A stretch of 30,147 nt of DNA from Burkholderiales bacterium (GTDB taxonomy: Bacteria; Pseudomonadota; Gammaproteobacteria; Burkholderiales; SG8-39), in contig DASQYN010000028.1 in assembly GCA_035639215.1 (NCBI GenBank), forward strand, positions 1-30,147, read 5' to 3'. Positions 10,568 to 18,728 of this stretch are shown here, in pieces. Each line of letters opens with the position of its first letter. Within the stretch, counting starts at the first letter, position 1. The position numbers and the translations under genes are program-made. Under the pieces are notes generated by a model. It saw only the letters and a list, made by a program, of their open reading frames with translations. It was not told where the DNA came from and made no database searches.

Positions 10568-11046
10568 GGCGTGAGCTCGAACGCGTCCGCGCCGCACTCG
10601 TGGGCGAGCAGCCAACGCTTGGCCTCCAGGAGATAGCCGCCGGTCGAGTGCGCGAAGCCGCCGATGCCGTTCGCGGCGACCACGCGGTGGCAGGGGATGA
10701 CGATCGGCAGGCGGTTGTCGCCGCAGGCCTGGCCGACTGCGCGCGGCTCGCCGCCGAGCCGCCGCGCGAGCTCGCCGTAGGTGAGCGTCTTGCCGCGCGG
10801 GATCTCGCCGAGCGCCGCCCAGAGCCGTCGCTGGAACGGCGTGCCTTCCACGAGCAGCGGCAGGTCGAAGCGCGTGTCGGGATTTGCGCGATACGCCTCC
10901 AGCTGCCTTGCCGCTTTCTCGCCCAATGGGCTCTTCGGGGAGACCACCCGGGCCGAAGGCGGCAGATAGCAGATGTCCGTCACCCGTTCGTCCCGCGTTC
11001 TCACCGCCACTTTCATGCGCGGGAACTCGACGACTACGTCGTACAT
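10564..11046 (-). CDS. ogt: Methylated-DNA-protein-cysteine methyltransferase (160 aa)
   Basis: GTPFQRRLW, TYGELA, RAVGQA and active-site IPCHRV motifs. Confidence 0.95.
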   Translation of the reverse strand: MYDVVVEFPRMKVAVRTRDERVTDICYLPPSARVVSPKSPLGEKAARQLEAYRANPDTRFDLPLLVEGTPFQRRLWAALGEIPRGKTLTYGELARRLGGEPRAVGQACGDNRLPIVIPCHRVVAANGIGGFAHSTGGYLLEAKRWLLAHECGADAFELTP

Positions 11047-12038
11047 AGCTTCTCGATCTGGGCGATCAGCTCGTCGGGCACCTCGATGCCGTGCGCACGC
11101 GCCGATTTCTGCGCCGCGATGCGCCGCGCACCCGGCAGCCGCACTTCCGGGTCGGCGAGCATGGTCGCCACCACCGTCTCCACTCTCTCGAAGTAGCGAT
11201 CCATGCCTGCCAGCGCGCCCGGGTCGATCGCCACGAACGCCTGGCCGATGCGCGGGCGATTGCCCTGCTCGGAGAAGAACGAGTCGGCTTCCGGGCCGAT
11301 CGCCGAGCCGGTCAGGCTCGCGCAGATCAGCTCGAACATGAGCGCGAGCATCGCGCCTTTCGCGCCGCCGATGGGGAACAGGCTGCCATGCTCGATCGCC
11401 TCCTTCGGGTCGGTGGTCGGTCTTCCGTCGCGATCGAGCGCCCAGCCCTCCGGAATGCGCTCGCCTTTGCGCATCGCCATCATGATGCGGCCGCGCACCA
11501 CGGTGGTGAGCGCGAGGTCGATGACGATCGGCTCTGCTTCGCGCCGGGGAAAGGCGGCGGCCACCGGATTGGTGCCGAAGAGCGGCTTCTTCCCGCCCCA
11601 CGGCGGGATCGCGGCGGGCGAATTGGTGAAGGCGAAACCGACCAGGCCGGCCTTCGCCACCGGCTCGAGATGGATCCCGAGCACCCCCACGTGCGCGCTG
11701 TTGGTGATGCCCGAAAAGGCGACGCCGTTGCGGCGCGCCCTCTGGACGAGCTCCTCGATCGCCCACTGCGCCGACATGTAGGGCAGCCCGTCGGCGTTGT
11801 CGATGAGGCACGCCCCGGCCCGCTCGGCCACCATGCGGGGCCGCGCCGCGCCGTCGTTGCGGCCGTTGCGCAGCATGGTGCAATAGAACGGCACGCGCGA
11901 CATGCCGTGCGTGGCAAGCCCCTGCTCCTCGGCGGCGACCAGGTGGCGTGCCGTGGCTTCGGCCATCGCCGCGTGGGCGCCGGCGCGCTCGAGCGCGGTG
12001 CGCGCCAGTCGAAACAGCGTCTGCGCCTCCTGCTTCAC
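11034..12038 (-). CDS. Ldh_2 (type-2 malate/L-lactate dehydrogenase) family oxidoreductase, probably ComC-like (2R)-3-sulfolactate dehydrogenase (334 aa)
   Basis: THG.SR, N..H.G, FTNSP, FGTNP, IPEGWALD.DG.PTTDP and KG...AL motifs. Family call is strong. The ComC-type specificity rests on recalled clade features (GNRPRIGQAF, VRLPGARR) and context. Confidence 0.8.
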   Translation of the reverse strand: MKQEAQTLFRLARTALERAGAHAAMAEATARHLVAAEEQGLATHGMSRVPFYCTMLRNGRNDGAARPRMVAERAGACLIDNADGLPYMSAQWAIEELVQRARRNGVAFSGITNSAHVGVLGIHLEPVAKAGLVGFAFTNSPAAIPPWGGKKPLFGTNPVAAAFPRREAEPIVIDLALTTVVRGRIMMAMRKGERIPEGWALDRDGRPTTDPKEAIEHGSLFPIGGAKGAMLALMFELICASLTGSAIGPEADSFFSEQGNRPRIGQAFVAIDPGALAGMDRYFERVETVVATMLADPEVRLPGARRIAAQKSARAHGIEVPDELIAQIEKLCTT

Positions 12039-12045
12039 GGCTACG

Positions 12046-12055
12046 ATTCTATTCT
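12046..12055. promoter_or_regulatory. Overlapping divergent -10 elements (TAGAAT minus, TATTCT plus)
   Basis: TAGAAT (12051-12046) lies 7 nt before GTG 12038 with no SD. TATTCT (12050-12055) precedes the GAGGAG RBS of the hydrolase. Confidence 0.55.
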
Positions 12056-12078
12056 GCGAATTCGAGGAGACAGAATCC

Positions 12079-12747
12079 ATGGGCAAGATGATCGAGCTCA
12101 CCGCTGCCGACGGCCAGAAGCTTTCCGCGTACCGGGCCGACCCGGGCGGCAAGCCGCGCGGCGCCATCGTCGTCATCCAGGAAATCTTCGGCGTCAACAG
12201 CCACATCAAATCGGTGGCCGACGGCTACGCCGCCGACGGCTACCTCGCCATCGCGCCGGCGCTCTTCGATCGCGTGAAGACCGGCGTGGACCTCGGTTAT
12301 TCGCCCGACGACATCGCCAAGGGCCGGGAGATCCGAGGCAAGGTCACGAACGAAATGGCGATGAGGGACGTCGCCGCGGCGGTGAAAGCCGTCTCGGGCG
12401 CCGGCAAAGTGGGCATCGTCGGCTACTGCTGGGGCGGATTGGTGACCTGGCTCGCTGCCGAGAAAGTGCCCGGCCTCGCGGCGGCGGCGCCGTACTACGG
12501 CGGCGGCATGCCGGACCAGGCGGCCGTGCAGCCCAAGGTGCCGGTGATGGGCCACTTCGGCAGCAAGGATGCGCACATCCCGGTGGAGGGCGTGAAGAAG
12601 CTCGCCGCGGCGCATCCGAAGCAGCAGTTCTTCATCTACGAGGCGGACCACGGCTTCAACTGCGACCAGCGCGGCTCCTACAACGCCGCGGCGGCCAAGG
12701 AAGCGCGCGCGCGCACGCTAGAGTTCTTCCGGAAGCATGTCGGCTAG
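12079..12747 (+). CDS. Dienelactone hydrolase family protein (222 aa)
   Basis: QEIFG, nucleophile GYCWGG and HGF motifs. GAGGAG RBS before ATG 12079. Confidence 0.93.
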   Translation: MGKMIELTAADGQKLSAYRADPGGKPRGAIVVIQEIFGVNSHIKSVADGYAADGYLAIAPALFDRVKTGVDLGYSPDDIAKGREIRGKVTNEMAMRDVAAAVKAVSGAGKVGIVGYCWGGLVTWLAAEKVPGLAAAAPYYGGGMPDQAAVQPKVPVMGHFGSKDAHIPVEGVKKLAAAHPKQQFFIYEADHGFNCDQRGSYNAAAAKEARARTLEFFRKHVG

Positions 12748-12769
12748 CCGCACCTCTCAGCCGCGCATC

Positions 12770-13333
12770 TCAGCCGAGCAGCGCTTTGCGGAAGCGATCT
12801 TTCAGCGCCACGCCGTCGAGCGGCGGCAGCACCAGCGGCAGCTTCTCGGCGGCAACTTTCACCGTAGCGAACGCCGGGCCTTCGTGCCGGTGAACGCATG
12901 ACCGCAGGTTCTTCAAGCTCGCTTCATCCGTGACGATCGAGGCGTGCGCGAAGCGGCAGGCCTTGGCCACGGCCGCGAGGTCGACGCCGTGGGCGGTGTG
13001 CGTCGCCTGCATGCCGGTCTCGCCGTAGCGCTCGTTGTCGATCACCACGACGGAGAGGTTCTTCGGCTGCTGCACGCCGATGGTCGCGAGCGCGCCGAGG
13101 CCCATCAGCATCTCGCCGTCGCCGGTGAGGACCAGGACCGGGCGCTGCGGCTGCGCGAGCGCCAGGCCGAGCCCGATCATCGCCGCCTGGCCCATCGCGC
13201 CCCAGAGCGGGAAAGACAGATCGCAGTCGCCCGCCGCGGTGATGTCCCAGGCGGTGGACCCCAGTCCCGCTACCACCAATAGCTCGCCACGCTGTTCCAG
13301 GAGCTTCTTCACTACATCACGACGATGCAGCAT
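12770..13333 (-). CDS. ThDP-dependent decarboxylase beta subunit, ComE-like (sulfopyruvate decarboxylase type)
   Basis: GAMG, ThDP motif GDGEMLM...DN and GETGMQ. Stand-alone subunit of about 190 aa, paired with the alpha subunit. Confidence 0.8.
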   Translation of the reverse strand: MLHRRDVVKKLLEQRGELLVVAGLGSTAWDITAAGDCDLSFPLWGAMGQAAMIGLGLALAQPQRPVLVLTGDGEMLMGLGALATIGVQQPKNLSVVVIDNERYGETGMQATHTAHGVDLAAVAKACRFAHASIVTDEASLKNLRSCVHRHEGPAFATVKVAAEKLPLVLPPLDGVALKDRFRKALLG

Positions 13334-13853
13334 TGGTCTGCTCCTGGAAGCTCTTGATGCCGATCACGCGCTGGGCGATGAGCACCGCCTCGGCGCCCTG
13401 CGCCTCGAAGGCGAGCTGCAGCGCGGCGCGCGCGTGTGCGGCGACCGTCTGCGCCTCGCCCGCCTGGCGCACCGCGACGCCCATGGTCTCCAGCACCCTC
13501 GCGGTGTTCTCGCCCATCGGCACCTGCCAGGTGTTGAACTCGCCCTGCTCGCCGCGCATCGTCACGAGAAGCACCAGCGGCAGGCGGCAGGTCTTCACCA
13601 TGGCGAGCGCGTTGACGATGTTGCCCACGCCGCTCGACTGCATGAGCACGACGCTCTTTTCCCCGCCGAGCCAGGCGCCGGCGGCGAGGCCGATGCCCTC
13701 TTCCTCGGTGGTGAGCGGCACGGTGCGCATGCCGGGGTCGGCATGGCAAAGCTCGATCAGGCGCTTGTGCCCGGCGTCGGGCACGTAGCCGACGACGCGC
13801 ACGCCGGCGCGCTTCAGCTCCTGGTGGACTTCGGCGGGCCAGTCAGGCGGCAT
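13317..13853 (-). CDS. ThDP-dependent decarboxylase alpha subunit, ComD-like
   Basis: VPD, TTEEEGIG and LMQSSGVGN motifs (Pyr domain with catalytic Glu). About 180 aa, overlaps the beta subunit. Confidence 0.8.
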   Translation of the reverse strand: MPPDWPAEVHQELKRAGVRVVGYVPDAGHKRLIELCHADPGMRTVPLTTEEEGIGLAAGAWLGGEKSVVLMQSSGVGNIVNALAMVKTCRLPLVLLVTMRGEQGEFNTWQVPMGENTARVLETMGVAVRQAGEAQTVAAHARAALQLAFEAQGAEAVLIAQRVIGIKSFQEQTNAASS

Positions 13854-15570
13854 CTCTCAGGAGGCTTTCTCCCGGCCGCACGCGAGTGAAGGCGACCGGC
13901 TTCATCACGACGTTGCCGTCGGCGGCGATGCTCGTGAAGGCCGATGCTTCGAGGGCGCCGCTTTGCGGAAAATCCTCGCGGAAGTGCGCGCCGCGCGAGT
14001 CTTCGCGCGCCAGCGCCGCGGCACAGATGGTACGGCTCACGGCGAGCAGGCTCTTCAGGTTGAGCCAATCGTGCCAGGTGAGGTTGAAGGCGCGCCCGGG
14101 GTCGCCGATTCCCGCCCGGTCGAGAGACGCCTCGAGAGTGGAAAGCTGCGCGGCCGCCTCCGCGAGGCCCCGCGCGTCGCGGATGATCCCGACCTTCTCC
14201 CACATCACGTCGTAGAGAGCTTCGCGCAAGGGCTCGAGGCTTTCCGGCTTTCGCCCGAAGGGGCGCTCGCAGCGGGCAATCGCTTCCGCGACGGCCGCGC
14301 GGTCGGGTTCGCGCAGCCCCGAATCGCGAATGAACGCGGCCATGCTGTCCCCGGCGACCGCGCCGAAGACCGTGGAATTGGCGACGCCGTTGCCGCCGAG
14401 CCGGTTCGCACCGTGGACGCCTCCCGAGTCCTCGCCGGCGACGTAAAGGCCGGCCAGCGCGGTGGAGCAATCGCCGGCGAACTCCACGCCGCCCATCATG
14501 TAGTGGGCGGTGGGGACGACCTCCACCAGCCCGCCCGCGAGGTCGAAGCCGCAATCGGCGCAGCGCTCGACCATGCCTTTGAACTCCCGGCGCACGCGCT
14601 CGGGACCGAGATGCGCCATCGAAATGTAGACGCCGCCGTAGGGGGTCGTGCGGCCGGCGCGCATCTCGGCAAAGATGGCGCGCGAGACGATGTCGCGCGT
14701 GGCGCGCTCGAGCTTCGGGTCGTAGCGCGCCATGAACCGCTCGCGCTCGCCGTTCAGCAGGTAGCCGCCCGAGCCCCGCAGCCCCTCCTCGAGCACCGTG
14801 CCGGTCATGCGCGTCTGCGGCCCGGCGAGCAGCCCGGTCGGGTGGAATTGCACCATCTCCATGTCGCGCAGCCGCAAGCCGGCGCGCAGCGCCATCGCGA
14901 GGCCGTCGCAGCTCTTGTCGCCCGAGGGGGTGTGGTAGCGATACATGGTCGGTCCGCCGCCGGTGGCGAGCAGCACCGCCTTGGCGCGCACGAGCACGTA
15001 TTCGCCGGTGCGCATGTCGATGAAGAGCACGCCGGCGATCGCGTCATTGGCTTTGTTCCTGATCAGCTCGACCGCCCGGTGCTCCTCGAGCCGGTCGATG
15101 CCGCGAGCCCACACCTGCTCCGCCAGGCGGTTGATGATCTCGATGCCGGTGAGATCGCCCTTGTGGACGGTGCGGTCGAACGTCTGGCCCGCGAACGCCT
15201 TCTGGTGCACGGTGCCGTCGGGATTGCGGTCGAAGAAGCAGCCCAGCTCGTTCTCCAGCTCGTGGATGCGCTCCACCGCCAGCGTGACGAGCTGCCAGGC
15301 GAGATCCTGGTCGGGCAGCCACTTGCCGCCTTCGATGGTGTCCATGAAATGGCGCTCGACGGAATCGCCGGCGGCGAGCGCGACGTTGTAGCCGCCCTGA
15401 ACCATGCGCGTGCAGCCGCACTTGCCGAGCAGGCCCTTCACGGCCACCGTGATCGACGCTGGCTGCGCCGCGCGCCGTTGCGCCTGATGGGCGTGCAGCG
15501 CCGCGAACAGGCCGGCGCCGCCCGAGCCGAGGATCAGGAGGTCTGTATCGCGGGTACTTTGCGGAGCCAT
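13843..15570 (-). CDS. SdhA/FrdA/NadB-family flavoprotein, non-canonical
   Basis: GSGGAG, QGG, QFHPTG, RDIVSRA, HYMMGG, HGANRLGGN and REDSRGAHFREDFP motifs. The covalent-FAD His position is Cys. Confidence 0.93.
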   Translation of the reverse strand: MAPQSTRDTDLLILGSGGAGLFAALHAHQAQRRAAQPASITVAVKGLLGKCGCTRMVQGGYNVALAAGDSVERHFMDTIEGGKWLPDQDLAWQLVTLAVERIHELENELGCFFDRNPDGTVHQKAFAGQTFDRTVHKGDLTGIEIINRLAEQVWARGIDRLEEHRAVELIRNKANDAIAGVLFIDMRTGEYVLVRAKAVLLATGGGPTMYRYHTPSGDKSCDGLAMALRAGLRLRDMEMVQFHPTGLLAGPQTRMTGTVLEEGLRGSGGYLLNGERERFMARYDPKLERATRDIVSRAIFAEMRAGRTTPYGGVYISMAHLGPERVRREFKGMVERCADCGFDLAGGLVEVVPTAHYMMGGVEFAGDCSTALAGLYVAGEDSGGVHGANRLGGNGVANSTVFGAVAGDSMAAFIRDSGLREPDRAAVAEAIARCERPFGRKPESLEPLREALYDVMWEKVGIIRDARGLAEAAAQLSTLEASLDRAGIGDPGRAFNLTWHDWLNLKSLLAVSRTICAAALAREDSRGAHFREDFPQSGALEASAFTSIAADGNVVMKPVAFTRVRPGESLLRDAA

Positions 15571-17570
15571 TGCAGAGCGAGCACCACGACCACCAGCGCG
15601 ATGCCTACCGCGTCGGCGGCGGCAGCCGGGTAGACGAGCAGGAATCCGGCCGCTATGAGCATCCAGCGCTCATAGACGCTCGTGCGCTTGAGCAGCCATC
15701 CTTGAAGGCCTCCGGCAAGGGCGACGATGCCAATGGCCGCGGTGACCGTGACGAGACCGATCGAGGCCCAGTTCGCCTGGCCGAGCGTCTTGAACGACCC
15801 GGTGAGCAGCAGCCCGGTGCCGTTCGGGTCGAGCACGAACATGAACGGCACGAGGAACGCCGGCGTCGTGTATTTCCAGCATTGCAGCGTCGTCTTGTAG
15901 GGATCGCCGCCGGTGATGGCGGCCGCGGCGAAGGGCGAAAGCGCCGTGGGCGGCGAAACCTCGGAGAGCACCGCGTAGTAGAAGATGAACATGTGCGCCG
16001 CAAACTCCGGCACGCCCAGCTTGATCAGCGCCGGCGCCGCGATCACCGCGCAGATGATGTAGCTCGCCGTCACCGGCACGGCGAGGCCGACGATCCAGAC
16101 GATGAGCGAAGTGTAGATTGCCGTGAGCAGCAGCGAGCCGCCGGCATACTGCAGCACGATCGAGCTGAACTTGAGCCCGAGCCCGGTGAGCGTCACCACG
16201 CCGACGATGATGCCGGCGCCGGCGCAGGTCGAGGCGACATTCAGGACGCCTAGCGAGCCCCCGGCGAGCGCCTTGATGAGGCCCGACTGCCAAAGGCCGC
16301 GGCCGATCGGCGTCTTGCGTTCGAAGATCTCGTAAGGGATGAGCGACGTGTCGCGGCGCAGCAGGCTGGTCAGCCCCGAGACCACGGTCGCCCAGAACAC
16401 CGAGAGCACGGGCGAGTAGCCCCAGAGCATGAAGAAGACGATGGAGACGAGCGACAGGAAGTGGAACCAGTACTTCTTCGCGAGGCTCCAGGCGCCCTCG
16501 ACGCGCTCGAAGGTGACGTCCTGCATGCCGAATTTGCGCACGTCGATCTCGACCATGGTAAAGAGCGCCAGGTAGTACAGGCCGGTCGGGATGGTCGCCA
16601 TCAGCAGCACGTCGAGGTACGAGATCTTCAGGAACTCGGCGATGAGGAACGCCGCCGCGCCGAGCACCGGCGGGGAGATGATGGCGCCGAGACCGCCCGC
16701 GGACAGCAGCCCGCCCGCCGCATTCTTGCTGTAGCCGACCTTGGCGAGCATCGGATAGGCCACCGAGCCGAGCGTCACCGTCGTCGCCACCCCGGAGCCC
16801 GAGGGACCGCCGAGCAGGAACGAGGCGAGCACCACCGTGCGGCCGGCGCCGGTGGGCCTGCCGCCCATCGCCGCGAACGAGAAATCGATGTAGAACTTGC
16901 CGGCGCCGGAGTACTGCAGGAAGGCGCCGAAGATCGTGAACAGAATGATGAGCGAGGAGGCGACCCCCACCGGCACGCCGAAGATGCCCTCCAGCGTCAT
17001 GTACATGTGGCCGACCAGGCGCGGGACCTCGTAGCCCTTGTGCGTCCAGGGCGGCGGCAGGTACGGGCCGAAGAACGCGTAGAGCAGGAAGCACACCGTG
17101 ATCACCGGCATGATCCAGCCGGTGGCGCGCCGCATCGCCTCGAGCACGAGCACGACGAGCGCGACGCCGAAGAAGATGTCCCAGTCGTTCGGCGTGATCG
17201 AGCGGTCGAAGAAATCGTCGCCCTGGCTGATCAGGTACGCGCACACCGCCACGCCGAGCAGCCCGAGAATCCAGTCCCACCACATGGCGCGATGGCGATA
17301 GCGCCGCGCCACCGGAAAGATCAGGAAGGTGAGGAACAGCACGAACGCCACGTGCGTCGCGCGCAGTACCTCCGTGCGCACGATCTCGTAGGAGGCGTAG
17401 AGGTGGAAGAGCGACATCGCCACCGCGACGAGGGTGACGAACGCCGCCATGCGCCCGGCGAACTTGTTCTGGACGCCTTCCTCCTCCTCGATCATCTCCT
17501 CGGCGCGCTTCAGCGCGTCCTCGGCGATCGCGGCGTCGGGCTGGTGAATCCGGGCGAGCTCGTCGCTCAT
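15534..17570 (-). CDS. TRAP transporter fused 4TM/12TM permease (TAXI type)
   Basis: Many TM helices. EGIFG.P, GSGVATTVTLG, PPVLGAAAF.IAE, Y.AVLS.V.PP motifs. GAGGAG RBS. Confidence 0.95.
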   Translation of the reverse strand: MSDELARIHQPDAAIAEDALKRAEEMIEEEEGVQNKFAGRMAAFVTLVAVAMSLFHLYASYEIVRTEVLRATHVAFVLFLTFLIFPVARRYRHRAMWWDWILGLLGVAVCAYLISQGDDFFDRSITPNDWDIFFGVALVVLVLEAMRRATGWIMPVITVCFLLYAFFGPYLPPPWTHKGYEVPRLVGHMYMTLEGIFGVPVGVASSLIILFTIFGAFLQYSGAGKFYIDFSFAAMGGRPTGAGRTVVLASFLLGGPSGSGVATTVTLGSVAYPMLAKVGYSKNAAGGLLSAGGLGAIISPPVLGAAAFLIAEFLKISYLDVLLMATIPTGLYYLALFTMVEIDVRKFGMQDVTFERVEGAWSLAKKYWFHFLSLVSIVFFMLWGYSPVLSVFWATVVSGLTSLLRRDTSLIPYEIFERKTPIGRGLWQSGLIKALAGGSLGVLNVASTCAGAGIIVGVVTLTGLGLKFSSIVLQYAGGSLLLTAIYTSLIVWIVGLAVPVTASYIICAVIAAPALIKLGVPEFAAHMFIFYYAVLSEVSPPTALSPFAAAAITGGDPYKTTLQCWKYTTPAFLVPFMFVLDPNGTGLLLTGSFKTLGQANWASIGLVTVTAAIGIVALAGGLQGWLLKRTSVYERWMLIAAGFLLVYPAAAADAVGIALVVVVLALQWLRKVPAIQTS

Positions 17571-17583
17571 GGCGCTCCTCTAC

Positions 17584-17619
17584 AAACGAAAAAGCCCCGT
17601 CGTTTCGCTGGACGGGGCT
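17584..17619 (-). terminator. Intrinsic terminator / stabilising hairpin between the TAXI binding-protein and permease genes
   Basis: 9-bp stem AGCCCCGTC/GACGGGGCT followed by TTTTCGTTT on the minus strand. Confidence 0.7.
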
Positions 17620-17637
17620 CGCGGCGGGGACGATCCG

Positions 17638-18585
17638 TTACTGGATCTTGATCCCCTTCTCGGCAAAATACCTGACCGCGCCGGGATGCCAGGGCACGGG
17701 CGAGGCGCTCGTCTTCTGGTTGTCGAGCTTGATGTTCTCTGCCTCCTTGTGCACGCGCACCAGCTCGTCCTTGTGGTCGAAGACGGCTTTGACGATGTTG
17801 TAGGCCGTCTTGTCGTCCATGTTCTGATGCGCGACGAGCAGGTTGTTCACCGAGGCGATGTGGTTGTCCTTGCCCATGCCGTGGTACATGTCGTGCGGGA
17901 TCACGTCGGCCACATAAAGCTCCCCGTACTTCTTGTTCATGGCCGGGACGAGCTCCGCATGGTCGAGGAGCTTGATCTTCACGCCGGGGGTATTGGCGAG
18001 GTCGGTGACCGCCGCGGTCGGCAGCCCGCCCACCCAGAAGAAGGCGTCGATCTTGCGGTCCTTGATCGCGTCCACCGACTCCGCCACGCCGAGCCGCTCG
18101 CGCTTCATGTCGCGGTCCTTGTCGAGCCCCGCCGCCTCGATCACGCGGAACGCCATCACCTCGGTCGCGCTGCCGCCCGAGCCGGTGGAGACGCGCTTGC
18201 CCTTGAGGTCCTTGATCGTGTTGATGCCGGTGCCCTCGATGGTCACGATGTGCATGCGGTTCGGATACATGACGAGCAGCGTGCGCACCGGCACGGGCTT
18301 GCCCTTGAACTTGTCCTGCCCCTTGTAGGCATCGAGCGTCGCATCGGCCATGGTCATGCCGAGGTAGGGCTTGCCGGTGCCGATGAGCTGCAGGTTGGCG
18401 ACCGAGCCGCCAGTCACCTCGGCGGTCGCCTGCATGCCGTCGACGTACTTCGAGAGCACCGCGGCCATGCCGCCGCCGAGCGGATAGTAGACGCCGCCGG
18501 TGCCGCCGGTGCCGATCGAAAGGTTCTGCGCCAGTGCCGTGGTGGCGATGGCAAAAAGCGCCAGCGCGCGAGCGATGATGTGCAT
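17638..18585 (-). CDS. TAXI-family TRAP transporter solute receptor (315 aa)
   Basis: Signal peptide, SIGTGGTGGVYYPLGG, TGGSVAN and PWHPGA.RY motifs. GGAGGAG RBS before ATG 18585. Confidence 0.95.
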   Translation of the reverse strand: MHIIARALALFAIATTALAQNLSIGTGGTGGVYYPLGGGMAAVLSKYVDGMQATAEVTGGSVANLQLIGTGKPYLGMTMADATLDAYKGQDKFKGKPVPVRTLLVMYPNRMHIVTIEGTGINTIKDLKGKRVSTGSGGSATEVMAFRVIEAAGLDKDRDMKRERLGVAESVDAIKDRKIDAFFWVGGLPTAAVTDLANTPGVKIKLLDHAELVPAMNKKYGELYVADVIPHDMYHGMGKDNHIASVNNLLVAHQNMDDKTAYNIVKAVFDHKDELVRVHKEAENIKLDNQKTSASPVPWHPGAVRYFAEKGIKIQ

Positions 18586-18616
18586 TGCCCTGCTCCTCCG
18601 TGTTGGGTCGGCGGCG

Positions 18617-18654
18617 ATTTTAACGCCGAGCCGCACTCAGGTGAATAAGTCACC
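18617..18654 (-). promoter_or_regulatory. Promoter of the TAXI-TRAP-flavoprotein-comDE unit, with an inverted repeat over the -35
   Basis: -10 TAAAAT (18622-18617). TTCACC (18645-18640) lies 17 nt upstream. GGTGA-N5-TCACC at 18640-18654. Confidence 0.5.
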
Positions 18655-18728
18655 GGCGACTCGCGGCGTTCGCCGTACCCGATCTGCGCTCGCCGGCGTA
18701 CTTTGGCTCACCACAGGAGGAAACACCC

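Noticed and set aside
12745-12780. Short TCTCAGCCG direct repeat between the convergent hydrolase and comE genes; also AAATGAG twice near 21925-21940
   Set aside because: Only two short copies each, partly made of stop codons; no array structure.
12770-13853. Phosphonopyruvate decarboxylase (phosphonate biosynthesis)
   Set aside because: No PEP mutase or other phosphonate genes in the window, while sulfonate genes are abundant. Not excluded biochemically.
13843-15570. Canonical SdhA or L-aspartate oxidase NadB
   Set aside because: It lacks the covalent-FAD His and the TE motif, has no sdhCDAB-sucAB or nadA/nadC context, and has separate Fe-S and anchor partners.
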